From assembly GCA_964016885.1 (NCBI GenBank), contig OZ024748.1, forward strand, positions 55,552,001 to 55,616,000: a DNA stretch of 64,000 bases. Direction: 5' to 3'. Position 1 is the stretch's first letter. Each line of letters opens with the position of its first letter. The position numbers were made by a program, and so were the translations under genes. The notes beneath the pieces were generated by a model. The model was not told where the DNA came from. It was given only the letters and a program-made list of their open reading frames with translations, and searched no databases. The DNA is from Eledone cirrhosa. Its lineage: Eukaryota. Positions 42,480 through 56,572 of this stretch are shown piece by piece.

Positions 42480-43130
42480 CATACATATATAGATGTGTAT
42501 ATATATATATATATATGTGTGTGTGTACGTGTGTGTGTACGTTTGTGTGTACGTGTGTGTGTACGTGTGTGTACGTGTGTGTGTACGTGTGTGTGTGTGT
42601 GTATGTGTGTGGGTGTATGGGTGTGGGGGTGTATATATGTGTATATGTGTATATATGTGTGTGAGTGTATATACGTGGGTGTCTATATATATATGTATAT
42701 ATGTGTATATGTATGTGTCTATATATAAATGTGTGTATAAATGTGTGTAAATGTGTGTATATAAATGTGTGTAAATGTGTGTATATAAATGTGAATATAT
42801 ATGTGTATATATATGTATGTGTATATATATGGGTATATATATGTATGTGTATATATATGGGTATATATATGTATGTGTATATATATGGGTATATATATGT
42901 ATGTGTATATATCTGTGTATATATATGTATGTGTATATGTATGTGTATATATATATGTATATATATATGTATACATATATGTGTATATATGTATGTGTAT
43001 GTATATAAATGTGTATATATATATATATGTATATAAACGTGTCTGTATATATGTATATATATATATGTATATGTGTGTGTGCATATATATATGTGTATAT
43101 ATATATGTGTATATGTATATATGTATGTGG
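42480..43130. repeat. (TA)/(TG) low-complexity block with short higher-order units
   Basis: GTGTGTAC and ATATATATGGGTATATATATGTATGTGT repeats. Confidence 0.9.
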
Positions 43131-43887
43131 GCTTGGGTGGTAGGGTGTCTATAGTAATAAATAATTAAAATTATATAAAGGGGAAATAGTGTAAGGGAGA
43201 GACAAAAACAATAAAGAAAAAGAGACAAAGCAATGAATATAGAACAAAAGTATTTGTGAAAAGGTGAATGGATATTGAGTTGTTGAACATTGTGAGAATA
43301 TATACACGTGATGCAGTGGTTGTATGAGAGAGGAGGAGACAACTAGGTAAAATTGTAATAAAGGCTAATGAAAGCTACATATATATTAACATAAGTCGCC
43401 TCTCTCTCTCTCTCTCTACACGTGTGTGTGTGTGAGTATATATATGTGTGTGTTTGTGTGTGAGTATATATATATATATATTTGAGAGAGAGGGAGAGAG
43501 AGAAACAATGTATTCTCTGATCGAGACGAAGCGAGATTGCATTTGAAAGTACATGAAAATGAGAAAACCCATTGCTAGAACAGCATTTAGCTGTTTTAAC
43601 GAATGTTCTAGCGATAACTTTTCTTATTTTCATTTGTGTGTATATATATACATATATATATATATAAATGAAGTATTTCCATAGGAAAGGAAAAGAGGTT
43701 CCTATGTAGGCTACAGAGCTTTTTAGTTATGTAATAAACGTAAGATAATTATTTCATTTACCAGTGGCTGCTTGAAATCCATTTTTAATAAACATTGTTA
43801 TTCATTCTGACGACTGAAGACAGATATTTATATATGTCTTCAAGAAACCACTGGTAAATGAATTACCTATCTTATGTTGTATATTAC

Positions 43888-43929
<42 letters not shown>

Positions 43930-44677
43930 TTGTGGGTGTATGTGTACACTAGAGTGATATATCTAAATTATTAATTCGATCGATCGATAGATGCTTAGAG
44001 GAATGTTAGTAAAATAGAACCTCGGTTCGGTTCATGAAGGTAATTTATTCCTGAAAGCCGTTCTTCACGCTAAACGTTCGTAGACCTATACGAAATGGTG
44101 CTATAGAAATACACCGACAGGGACTGAATGTGAAATATAGATATCACCATAATAACTAACTACACAGCATGCGGCGCTTTCTCGCCGATACTACAAGTTC
44201 GTTGTCAACCGTTGTTGCCGGCTTGCGTGTTCGTTACCCAAGACACCTTCGGCGGCGGTGACGGCGACGACGACGCGCAGCAGCAGCATATACTAAGGAA
44301 GATTCTGTCAATGTAAGTACATCACAAGTCTAAACAGCTAAAGATGCATGTGTGTGTATGTATGTTCTTTTTTGAACATGGCGGACCTTGAGGTCACTGG
44401 TTGTGACTTGGTGATAACTCGTATGAAATGCAACTGTAATAATAATACAACCCAACCAGGAGCTGGACATATCGATGTATTGACGGAGTAAAACACACTT
44501 CAACAACATGTGTTCCTGTCTTTCCAACACCAATTCGGACTGCCTGAAGAGATCACAGCCAATGATGGCTGTTACCGAAATATATATAGCAGTATATGTA
44601 TAATTTATAATAAACGAAGCCAAATTTTACATATTTGACTTAATTATTTTATATATATATATATATATATAGAAATA

Positions 44678-44902
44678 TAGGAACGAGTAGGACCCCGACG
44701 GCTATGGAATTACCCACTGAGAAGCTCGGCTATTCATATACCAGGATAAAAAAAATTTCATTTAGTCCAAAATTAGCCGTTGAAACGGCTTGAGCTCAGC
44801 CGTCAGGGTCCTACTCGTTCCTATTACCCACTCTACTACCCTAAGTATTGAGTACTTTGGTGCGTTATGGTCCACCTGGTTCCTTACCACATTTCTTTCG
44901 TT
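44678..44902 (+). mobile_element. Family B, most complete copy, with hammerhead-like core
   Basis: 26-bp inverted 5' arm (44678-44703 vs 44798-44823); ACCCA CUGAGAA..CGGCUA/UAGCCG..GAAAC GGCU/AGCC GUC AGGGU. Confidence 0.7.
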
Positions 44903-44963
44903 ATATATATATATATATATATATATATTGATGAGACTTTCCAAGTATTTAGCCATGTTTTAT

Positions 44964-45041
44964 ATTGCCTCGTCTGACGAACGAATGAAGACGTTTCTTT
45001 CGTATTCGCCTCATTCGGGAAACCTCTGGTAATGAGGTAAT
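44964..45041 (+). ncRNA. Type I hammerhead ribozyme
   Basis: Stem I AUUGCCUCGU/AUGAGGUAAU, core CUGACGA, stem II CGAAUGA/UCAUUCG, GAAA, stem III ACC-UCU-GGU, GUA site at 45029-45031. Confidence 0.8.
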
Positions 45042-45668
45042 TATATTGTATTGATTTTTATACATTAAATTTTGCTCTGGTACTTAAATAGAGCACTCTT
45101 CACTTCAATGAGCTTTTCTGTTTTCAACGGAAATTTCAATACTTATATATATATATATACACACCACACCACACACACACACGAGATAACAATTAACAAT
45201 GCTGCGATCGAATGTGGCTTTTCAGGCCAGCCAATGATCTAAAATGTCTTGCACAGAGTTGGCAACGAAAACATACTTACACAAACATGTATATGGACGG
45301 GGGGGGGGGGGGGGGCGTGCCTGAATGAACATAGGTAACTAAATCATGTATAAACAAAGATACACCTCTGAAAACAATTATATAAAGAAAAAAAAACCAC
45401 AACAGAATTAGAAGTCAACTGTCTGGAATATCTCGGCAGTGAGGACCATACACTTCATCTTTAAACGAAATTAACAAGCATTCCTCTTACAAAACATAAG
45501 CCCCGTGGAAATATGTTTGTATATGCAGTATTGTTTCAATCTCTTTCAATGAGCAGTCATTCTTCGAATACAAAAGTGATCCCGCTCATTCAAATATTTC
45601 ATCTTTTACATAATTGAAATCATCATCTTTCATATCATATATTACGTATGTGTGTGTATGTACATATG

Positions 45669-45701
<33 letters not shown>

Positions 45702-45751
45702 ATATATATGTAGATGTATAAACATATGTTTATGTATATAGATATAAGCAT

Positions 45752-45782
<31 letters not shown>

Positions 45783-45922
45783 GGAGTGTGTGTGTGTGAA
45801 AACAAAACCTTAATATTCCGTGTTATTCACTACAGCTTATCTAACACACTCACACATATATACATATATATGTGTATATATACATATGTGTGTATCTATA
45901 CACAACATAGAAATATGTGAGA

Positions 45923-45969
<47 letters not shown>

Positions 45970-46081
45970 TATATTTAAAGATGTGAATTTTGTTAGCTCT
46001 CTCACCCTCTGAATTTTTTCACTACTTACTGTTTTATGTTAACTTCAACCGGAATGGTATTATTATTATTATTAATGCAAC

Positions 46082-46125
<44 letters not shown>

Positions 46126-47470
46126 ACACACACCAACACACAAACACACACGTGCGCGCGTAAATGCATTATAATTTTCTTTCTATAAACCGTTCATATT
46201 TACATACATCTATACGCACTGGTATTTCTCACAAGCTTTCATGTAACACACATACCCTCCGTCATTAACTCACGAACATCTAACAGCCTTTCTTGCTCTG
46301 TAGATTTGATTTCCGTTTATTTGATACGAAGAAAAATTGAGTAGTAACAATTAAATGGGAAAACTAAAGAATCTATAACTGAAGAAGGAAGATATATTAG
46401 CTTTCTAGCTGGATAAAAATCTTTTAAAACGTATTCAACATCACCGCCGTCGACGTCATCATCGCCATCGCATTCATCATCCTCGTTGTCGTTGGCTTCT
46501 ACTATTCCACCAACAGCACCACCATTACCGGCACCATGGCCAAGGCCATAACCATATCTACGACACCACCACACTCGTCATAACCAGCCACCTCCCCTGA
46601 CAATGGCATCACCACCCCACTTACTTCACCACCTACAAAAATGCCGACAGCAACCAACTACACCTTCATCATTCCACCATTAACCCCTTCCCCTTCACAC
46701 ATCATCATTGTTATAATTGAGAGATCAAGTCTCCTCACAGTTGTTTTAACTGCTACAAATAACAGCTTCAGTTCTTCACCAAACTTTTCTGAAATTATAA
46801 ACCACATTTTAAATGGTGTGTAATTAATTAGGTGCATGGCTGAAATGGCCTTTACCTTCTGGTTATGTTAAAGGGGCACTGTAGTGATATGCACTGGCCG
46901 AGACATTCTCTCAGCAGGTCGGTATGGTCTTTCCCTATAGAAACAAAACCGAGTGAAAAGGAGAAAGGGCAACGGCGATAAAGGGTAAGAATTAACCCCA
47001 GCACTGGATTGGTACGCCCTAGAAAGAATAGAATTCAAAATTGCCTTCATCTGGCTTTGAATTCGGAGAACAGTCCCAGAACGAATTCCGTGAAGTACTA
47101 TACTTGTTCTAACGATTGTGACATTTCATAGCATAGTTAGTTACACGCATATGCCTCAATAAATTGTCACACGCCAGGAGTATCAAGGTTAGACTGAGAC
47201 GAAAGATCGACTAAATTATTACCATCAACATCCTTCTCATCAGATCACCGTCACGTTTAACACTACCATCAACATCACCCTGACTATAATCATTCCAACT
47301 TCAACACTACCAGTCACATAATCATTCCAATCATTAAGACCACAGCCACCACTCCTTGTGTTTGCTGTAATGGAATGTAATTCCACTACAGCAAAAGCCA
47401 TCTTACGTTTAAGTAAGAGGTCGTCCAAAACCTTTCATATACTACTGAATTGACCCCCTCACTACACGTA

Positions 47471-47641
47471 CCCGATTTCCCGGCGCCGAAGACGCTTCGT
47501 CCTCGAGGACGCACCCTCATTTTGACAACAAAAAAATTCGATAAAAAAAAAAGATAACAACCTTCGGCCTTCAGGACGCATAGTAGATTTTTTAGACTTA
47601 TTTTAGGAAAAAAATAACGTCTTCAACGTCGGGAAATACGG
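47471..47641. mobile_element. TcMar pogo/Tc2-like MITE
   Basis: TA flanks; TIRs CCCGATTTCCCGGCGCCGAAGACG and CGTCTTCAACGTCGGGAAATACGG. Confidence 0.75.
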
Positions 47642-49518
47642 TAATTTCCAATCCTTCCAGCCAGAGTTTTGGGGTTCATCCACTCTCTCTCTCTGTTAAC
47701 GTTTGGCATGAAATACATACATCTTCATCGGCGTTGGATAATATTGGAAGGCCATGCCCACAACACTTTTTATTATCCAGAATAGATTAATAAATCCCCA
47801 AACAACAAAACCAACACCGAGAACATCATTGCCTCTTATGCACAAACGGTCTAAGGAATACAATTTAGTCAAATATTACACATAATCCCTATAATTTTCT
47901 GCTCTCATGCCAATATGTGAAATCAGATATCATTATTCACACTCCACGTTTATAACGTTAACAGATATACTTATATAGATTTAGAACAAGGATTCTTAAA
48001 TCTTTAGTATTTTCTGAGGAACTAGAATTCTCCAAATCCATTTTCCAATTTCCTATCCTCTTAATATCTTGAACTGCTGCGTTTGTGCTATTGCGATCAC
48101 TTTTATGACATGAAGACCGACTTTTACTCATATATTTCACACTGTTTCTTATTTTCTGGTTTTATCTAGATATTTTGCGATCTTTATTTTTTTTCCTTTC
48201 ATTTCTTTCTCACTGTCATGCGGCAAAATAAAATCTATATTTCATATTTTACTACTTATCGCTAATATGATCATATCTGGTATAATGCAAATGAGTCACT
48301 TTGTAATAAAATATTCCACAGGATTCCATTCGAATCAATCACAATAACATCGTATGACCGTTGTTAGTAGTATTTTTTTTTCTCCATTTATATTGAATCT
48401 AAATTTCCTATGCGTCTTCCAATGTATTTCACTATCTTGTCGTGTCATATTTTATTTTAGTTTGCTATATAGATACACTGTGTTCTCATAGTTGAACTAA
48501 CAAAGACCCGAATGTGAACACTTGACTTACTGAAAACATTGGATAAGGTAGCACTATATGGTTTTCTTATTGTTGTTTTCCATTTGCTAGAAGTGACTGT
48601 GTAAGAACCATTTCTTTAAGAATTTCAATAAACTTTATAACGTATCTGTAATATTTCTTAGCAAGTGAGGGCACCTAGCTTAGTGGTTAATATGTTCGGC
48701 TCACGAGTTCTACCTTTGATATTGGCGCTGATCCTCACAACGTCGTTTAAATAAATACGAGTAATATGCTGGAGTAATTTTAATCGATCGAGTTTGAACT
48801 TTCAATACTGATCTTCAATATGTGTCACAATAAAAAAAAAAAATCATTGCAATTCATTATTTCCATCTAGTTGTGTACTCTCTCTTTTTCTTGTAAACTG
48901 TGATATATTTATGCTCCATTTTCAAGTGTTAAAAGCCTTCTAATGTTAGTTTAGATCTGTTTTGCTCTCGCATCAAATTAAGAGAAAAACTTGTGCCATC
49001 TCATGAAATAGTATGAATCCACAATTATAAAGCCCCACTCCACACAGGAGGTGGGGCATTGCCTCATCAAGATAACCACTTTAGTATGTAATCAAATACC
49101 TACACATAAACATATACAAAACTAACACTTGTGATTAGAATGAATTTTCCTAATTATATTTATTATTTCATCGTCACCTACGTCCCATCAAAAGAATATC
49201 CGATATTTTGTTGATCAAATATGCGCTGTGAATTAAATATGGCGTTTGCTCAAACAATGAACGAGATCTCACAACCTACTATATTTTAAAATACAATGTA
49301 GTCTCGTAAAATATATAGTGTGATAATGGCGACATCACCTAGAAGCACCTGTCCTCTCCTATGAATAATCAACATTGAATTAAAATGAAAGATACGAAAT
49401 ATTTAGTGCCTGAGTGTATATGATAATGGTATTCATGATTTATCAGAGTAAATGTGATGTAATTAATTATTTCATAATTCAAAATGTATAATTCTGAAAT
49501 ATTATTTCTTTATAGCTA

Positions 49519-49703
49519 GGGCGGTGGATTGGTAGTATCGGTAGAGTCGGACACCATGCTTTGAAGCATAGAGTTACGTCCCTTTATGATCTGAGTTCAA
49601 ATCCCGCCGAGGTTAACTTTGCCTTTCATCCTTACGGGGTCGATAAAATAAAGTACCAGTTATACACTGGGTTATTGCTGGCCTTGTCCCAAAAGTAGAA
49701 ACA
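49519..49703 (+). mobile_element. SINE family A, full length with TSD
   Basis: 18-bp TSD ATTATTTCTTTA(T/C)AGCTA at 49501-49518 and 49704-49721. Confidence 0.95.
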
Positions 49704-49924
49704 ATTATTTCTTTACAGCTAAATGTGATATGAACATTTATATCATCATTTATAGATGATAAAAGTGCGCTAAGTGAATCCTTTACCACAGCATTAACTT
49801 AAAACATCAGTTGCTTAAATCTTGAGGAAAGCGAGCTCAACTCGCAAAGACTAGCCAACGTTCAAGGAAGTTTCTCCTGTGTGAATGATGGATTATGTAA
49901 TGAATACTTCATTTCGAGCTGTTA

Positions 49925-50278
49925 GATGCTGCTTCTTCTTCGTCCACTTAATCATGTGAAGATCGTGCGGGCAGAGTCCTCAAACCCTTCTTCCAGCAAG
50001 TCTTGCCAGAACCAACCGTCTCCATCTGATCCGGCTGGATCCCCAAGCGAGATCAGCCAAACTCAGGGATGTTATCAAACCATGTTGATCAGTGTCTTCC
50101 TCTAGGTCTCGTGCCGATTGGTTTTGCCCGTAAAATCTTTCTAGTGCTTTTTTTCTGAGACAGTCTAACCACATGCCCATAATATCGGAGATGTGATCTC
50201 TTAATTCGAAGAAGTAGCGGCGCTACCTGTAGCGACTCTTTAACCTCCGAGCTATGCATTCTATCGAGTAACGTTAAT
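49925..50278 (-). mobile_element. Rex3-like RTE 3' fragment
   Basis: TLLDRMHSSEVKESLQVAPLLLRIKRSHLRYYGHVVRL..GTRPRGR..SRLGIQPDQME. Confidence 0.8.
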
Positions 50279-51092
50279 AAGCAAAAAACAAACATACTTT
50301 AGCAAACATAAATTATGGCAAACGACCCCATACTGCACATGTGCCGAAAGAACGCGTGGCAGAGTTTGTCCAGTAAAATATGTTTCAGTCTCCGTTTCTT
50401 GAACATGATCCCATCTATTTCCACATGCTTAGAAGTTTGCAAAGCCATTTCGATAGACGTAGACTACTGTAAAGAAAATAGGTAGAAATTGAGTCTTATT
50501 TCAGGTCCCAAGCTAAAGAACTTATACGGGTGGGATTAAGAACCTTTTGAAGACAATGGAGACTATAATGTTGATTAACTATGTATATAACTACTGCGTT
50601 ATATTTGTTATTGATATCCTCCTTTCATTACAGCCTGGTTTGTATGTGTTTAAAACACAGTGCATCTGTATATAAAAATGGATAATCCCGTTTATCAGTT
50701 CACTGCTAGCAATGTTTTGTTTTATGATTAAGGATCTATTGAACTCTATCGGACTGAATTTTATATGCCGCAAGCTTCATGTAATAAAAAATTAATTATT
50801 CATTTCTAATACGAAAATCCATTTATCAAATGCTGTTAATGTACAAGTAAAGTGAAAGAAAGTATTCCTTTAGGCTGTTTAGTTTGTCTGAGTAATCAAT
50901 ATCAATTCCGATATAAAATGTTTCTAAAAATATAATTAAATTAAACCTGGTAGTAATACAATAATAGTAATTACATCGTTATTAAGTAGATATGTAACAT
51001 TCGTTGAACAGGATTGTAGTAGATTTTATTGACGTCAGACCATTACTGGTATTAATGTTTAGCAACCACAGAAGATAGGATCCTTGGCATGT

Positions 51093-51187
<95 letters not shown>

Positions 51188-51301
51188 TGGTAATGTTTTT
51201 CTACCACCCCAAAAGCTCTGATAGAACAGATCAACTCACCATACATTAGATGTTTTTGGTAACGAACCAGAAACGTTCCACATCGTTCGTTACCAAATTA
51301 A

Positions 51302-51365
<64 letters not shown>

Positions 51366-51727
51366 CAATTCATTCCCAAACTGTAATCGATATCGGAAGT
51401 CTACACTCAAATCCTTGTTTTAAAAAAATGAATAAAAGACAAAATATCAAACATTAATACATATAACAGAAACTGAGAGAATAAATAAACAGAAAGAAGA
51501 AAATGTCTTTCAGTTCATTAGTTTTTTTTATGTGAGGGATCCCGTGTGATACGCCACAACCCGAGTATTTCATTCGTTATTTTAGTATAGAATTCATACT
51601 AGGATATGATTTCATTGATTACCCAACTCCATGACCGCAAACGTTCGTTAGAAAATGGTCTTATTTATCTACTGTATTATGAAGTGTAAAGTAGCTATTA
51701 ACATATGTTAATAAATTCTGACATAAC

Positions 51728-51925
51728 AGGCAGTAGACTGGCAGTATCGTTAAAGCGTCGGGCAAGGACATTTACTTCGGGTAGTTACGGCCCTTTAAGT
51801 TCTTTGATCAAATCCCGTCGAGGATAGCTTTACTTTTCATCCTTACTGGATTGATGAAATAACACTGACGCACTGGGCTCGATTTAATTAACTTTTCCTT
51901 TCCGGTTAAATTGCTGGCTTCTTAT
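51728..51925 (+). mobile_element. SINE family A (diverged)
   Basis: GGCAGTAGACTGGCAGTATCGTTA..CAAATCCCGTCGAGG..TTTCATCCTTAC. Confidence 0.8.
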
Positions 51926-52067
51926 CCAGTAGGACTTGTGCTTCTATTGAGGGACTGGCTGCAATTTCTAGCGAATTAAGTAAATAACTAAAGATTTCTT
52001 TTTCCTTTTTTTTTTTCCTTTTTTCTCTTTTGATTTTTGTATTCTCGTGTAGAAGAGCTGAACACCC

Positions 52068-52360
52068 ACTGTCATCGCCTCCATCTCTCACGCCCTCCCC
52101 ATCTCTCCGCACGGTGAGCAAATGAGTTCCCAAGTGCCCGCCTCTCTACAGACCCGGCGGACAGAATGGAAAAGACATTTCCCCAGAGGATGGTAAGGGA
52201 GCTGCGCTGGAAGAGCCATTCCAACTCGCGAGGCTCACACCAGTGACTGGCCAGCTCAGCGCTGTGGTGGTGAGTAGGGAGGTACCCTAGGGCCAAGGAC
52301 ACCAGAAGTCTCCACTGCCAAGGGCACGACCACGAATCTGTCGGAGAGCGACCGGTACTA
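52068..52360 (-). mobile_element. CRE-like RLE retrotransposon 3' fragment
   Basis: YRSLSDRFVVVPLAVETSGVLG..EPRELEWLFQRSSLTILWGNVFSIL; same 3' end as the 11669 copy. Confidence 0.7.
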
Positions 52361-53036
52361 ATGATTCCTTCTTCGATTTGAGTAACAGGCTATATTATTC
52401 CTGAAAATACATCGAAGTAGGTTTTGATGGATTGCAGTTTTAAATCTGTTTTTTATTCTTTCGTTCGGGTTGCTTCCTGCTAAACTAGTCTCATATATAA
52501 ATATTTCTCCTATATCTAATACCTATGACATTTAATAGAACACATCAACAAGAACCCTACATTTGCATATAAATATTCCAATCGGTTTCAAAAGGTGTTT
52601 TGTTTCAATGCATGAAAACGAATAGTGTAGACAATAGCTAACTAATAAGTAATCGATTATAAGAAGTAGAAACAGGGTTCGATTCATGATCAACATCATT
52701 ATTTCACTTACGCTGCTGAGAAATGTGATCGACAAAGGCTTAAAAGTTACACAACCTCACCTCCCTCCCATTTCAATAAATTTGTGATCTTTTGATTATA
52801 AAAAAGAAATCAATATATTCGACTTAAACAATGGCAAATACATAGTTCAGAAATACTCACGCATACAACCTCCATTCATAATGAATACAGATGTATACAT
52901 ATATATATATGCACATACACACACATCACACGTGTATATGTATGTGTATATATATATGTATGTATGTGTGTGTATATATATCCATATGTGTATATACATA
53001 TTTATATACATATACATACATACATATATACATACA

Positions 53037-53068
<32 letters not shown>

Positions 53069-53101
53069 CATATATATACATACATATATATATGCATACA
53101 T

Positions 53102-53158
<57 letters not shown>

Positions 53159-53263
53159 CATATATATAGAGATCTACACACACATATATATATATTTACA
53201 TATATATATATTTATTTACATATATATATATATTTATTTACATATATATATATATTTTTATTT

Positions 53264-53335
<72 letters not shown>

Positions 53336-54138
53336 TATATATAGTATATGTATATATATAGTATATGTATATATATATGTATATATAACAAAAATCACAT
53401 GTACATGTACAGAATCGAGAAAACACAAATATGTACACATACATGCACAGATATTAATATACAATAGAAAAATATTTCAGACTTCAACAATTAAGAAATG
53501 TACAATACGCGACCCATATTTCTCATTTGATAAAAATCATTGATTTAAAAATTTGACAATGTTTTTCTTTTTAGTTTTCCATTTCAATCATGAATTAATG
53601 AATTGCAATTCTAATATTAAAAGCGTAAATGCATTGTTTTGTTAATGGTCGTGTTTAAATAAATCTGTCGATTATAAAGAACAGGGCGGACCTTAAAGCC
53701 GGTTCAAAAGTTAAGAAGAGGCCGCCGGCAAATTACTTATAATTTCTTCTTCTCGCATATGAACCTCCCACCAAAAATAGGTGTTCAAATTCGTGACTAA
53801 AAAAAAAAAATCCTTTCTAACTGATATTTTCTCTTTTTACAATAGTTTTGTTCTTGAAGAGAATGGATGCTGATAGATTAAAGATTAAAGATGGCTTTTG
53901 AAATTTGATGTGACCCCTATGATTTCAATACCCTAAAATTATGAAAGATAATGAGAAACATAAACCCACAGACAATATATAAAATTAGTTAGAACAGCTA
54001 CATGTACAGGTAGTTAGGTTTAGCTGGGTTACGTAGCTATAACATGTCACTGTTCTAACAAATTATACTTAACTTGTCCTATGGAGAGATGATTGCTCTA
54101 ATCCCTTGGATATCTGTACTCAATTTGTACTGCAGTGT

Positions 54139-54170
<32 letters not shown>

Positions 54171-54172
54171 AC

Positions 54173-54278
54173 AACAAAGAGGGTGTAGTAAGATACCAGG
54201 TGGACCCTAATGCACCAGAGTACTCAATATTTAGGGTAGCTGTCGAAACGGCCGGAGCTCAGCCGTCGGAGTCCTGAC
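54173..54278 (-). mobile_element. Family B fragment with internal inversion
   Basis: AACAAAGAGGGTGTAGTAAG..TACTCAATATTTAGGGTAG joined to opposite-strand CTGTCGAAACGGCCGGAGCTCAGCCGTC. Confidence 0.7.
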
Positions 54279-55115
54279 ACGTTTCATACACACACACACA
54301 CACACACACACGTGTGGAGAAGGGACATCATATGTAGTGAAAAATGAAAGCAGATTATTGAAAAAGATAGATTGATAATATAGGTATTTCGAATGTTAAT
54401 CGATAGTAACTTGTTTTTCACCAGTCCATAAAGCAATACTGTCAAAGTTCATATCTCACATGGTAATGCGTTAATTAGAGAATTTGGAGGTGCAAAACAT
54501 TTTCCTCGGGCGGAAGTGTGATATTTAAGTGATATTTCTAGAAACTGGGTTTGAACTATTTTGTCAAAATGTGTATTTAATCAAATGCAGGTCAACATAC
54601 ATGCGAATCAAGTCTTCTTTGGACAAATACCCTCACGTCTGCCTCACAGCGTCACGTGGGTCAATTCGGTGACCACTTCATCAAAGAGTACCCTTCTTAA
54701 TGACGATTGTATTTGCATTGCAGTAGCCAAATTCCTTTGCCCACCCCGCATGTATCAGACAGAATAATGTCGTTATGGACGATATGGAGTGAGTTCCAAC
54801 GACCTTGACTCTCTAGTCACCAGAGTGCTGACCGGTCTTCTTGGCCATTAACGACGTCATAAGAATGAGCCGCATGGGATTTCATCTGTTGCTAGGAGTC
54901 CAAACCACCGAAACTACAGGGTGTCAAAAGAAAAATGCATTTTTTACACATATTTATAGAGAATATGTAATAAATAGTGCCTTTGTAAAATGGTTTATAA
55001 ACGTAATATAGATAACGATACTGAAGCATATAATGCGTAGAATCACTTAGAATGAATATATAACTTTGTTAGTCACTTAAGGAAGCGCTTTATTGTTATG
55101 TTCTCATTCCACCTT

Positions 55116-55225
55116 CTAATACTTTTGGCACAAGGCCAGCAATTATCCAGTATTACTGGAACTTTATTTTATCGACCCCGTATGGATAAAAGGAAAAGTT
55201 AACCTCAGACCGTAACTCTTTGATG
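55116..55225 (-). mobile_element. SINE family A, partial
   Basis: TTTTGGCACAAGGCCAGCAATT..ATCGACCCCGTA. Confidence 0.8.
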
Positions 55226-55286
55226 CATATATATGTATACTGTATATATATATATATATATATATACACTATATATATATACAAAT

Positions 55287-55426
55287 AACGGAGGAAATGT
55301 GGTAAGGAACCAGGTGGACCATAACGCACCAAAGTACTCAATACTTAGGGTAGTAGAGTGGGTAATAGGAACGAGTAGGACCCCGACGGCTGAGCTCAAG
55401 CCGTATCGACGGCTAATTCTGGACTA
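55287..55426 (-). mobile_element. Family B copy
   Basis: Near-identical reverse complement of 44763-44902. Confidence 0.8.
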
Positions 55427-55690
55427 TAATATATATATATAGTATATATATATATATAGTATATATATATATATATATATATAGTGTATATATATATTAT
55501 ATATATATAGTATATATATATATATTATATATATATAGTATATATATATATATTATATATATATAGTATATATATATATTATATATATATAGTATATATA
55601 TATGTTATATATATATAGTATATATATATATATATATTATATATATATAGTATATATATATAGTATATATATATATATTATATATATATA

Positions 55691-55749
<59 letters not shown>

Positions 55750-55751
55750 AG

Positions 55752-55783
<32 letters not shown>

Positions 55784-55885
55784 AGTATATATATATATAT
55801 ATTATATTATATATATAGTATATATATATATATATATTATATATATATAGTATATATATTATATATATATATTATATATATATAG

Positions 55886-55919
<34 letters not shown>

Positions 55920-56541
55920 AGTATATATAGTATATATATATGTTATATATATATAGTATATATATATATATATATTATATATATATAGTATATATATATA
56001 GTATATATATATATATTATATATATATAGTATATATATTATATATATATATTATATATATATAGTATATTATATATATAGTATATATATAGTATATATAT
56101 ATATTATATATATAGTATATATATATAGTATATATATAGTATATATATATATATTATATATATAGTATATATATATATATTATATATATAGTATATATAT
56201 ATATATTATATATATAGTATATATATATATATTATATATATAGTATATATATATTATATATATAGTATATATATATTATATATATAGTATATATATATAT
56301 TATATATATATATATTATATATATAGTATATATATATATTATATATATATATATTATATATATAGTATATATATATATTATATATATATATATTATATAT
56401 ATAGTATATATATATATTATATATATAGTATATATATATATATATTATATTATAGTATATATATATATATATAGTATATATGTATATATATATATATAGT
56501 ATATATGTATATATATATATATATATATAGTATATATATAG

Positions 56542-56572
<31 letters not shown>

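Noticed and set aside
47860-48140. Possible CR1 remnant (TKDLRILV)
   Set aside because: A single short motif; not enough to call.
51255-51297. 13-bp hairpin TTTGGTAACGAAC/GTTCGTTACCAAA containing GAAACGTTC
   Set aside because: No CUGANGA box in register; possibly a pLTR scrap but unsupported.
54540-54940. Possible Tc1-like transposase remnant
   Set aside because: Only vague WSPN and TIR-like hints; no coherent DDE motif.
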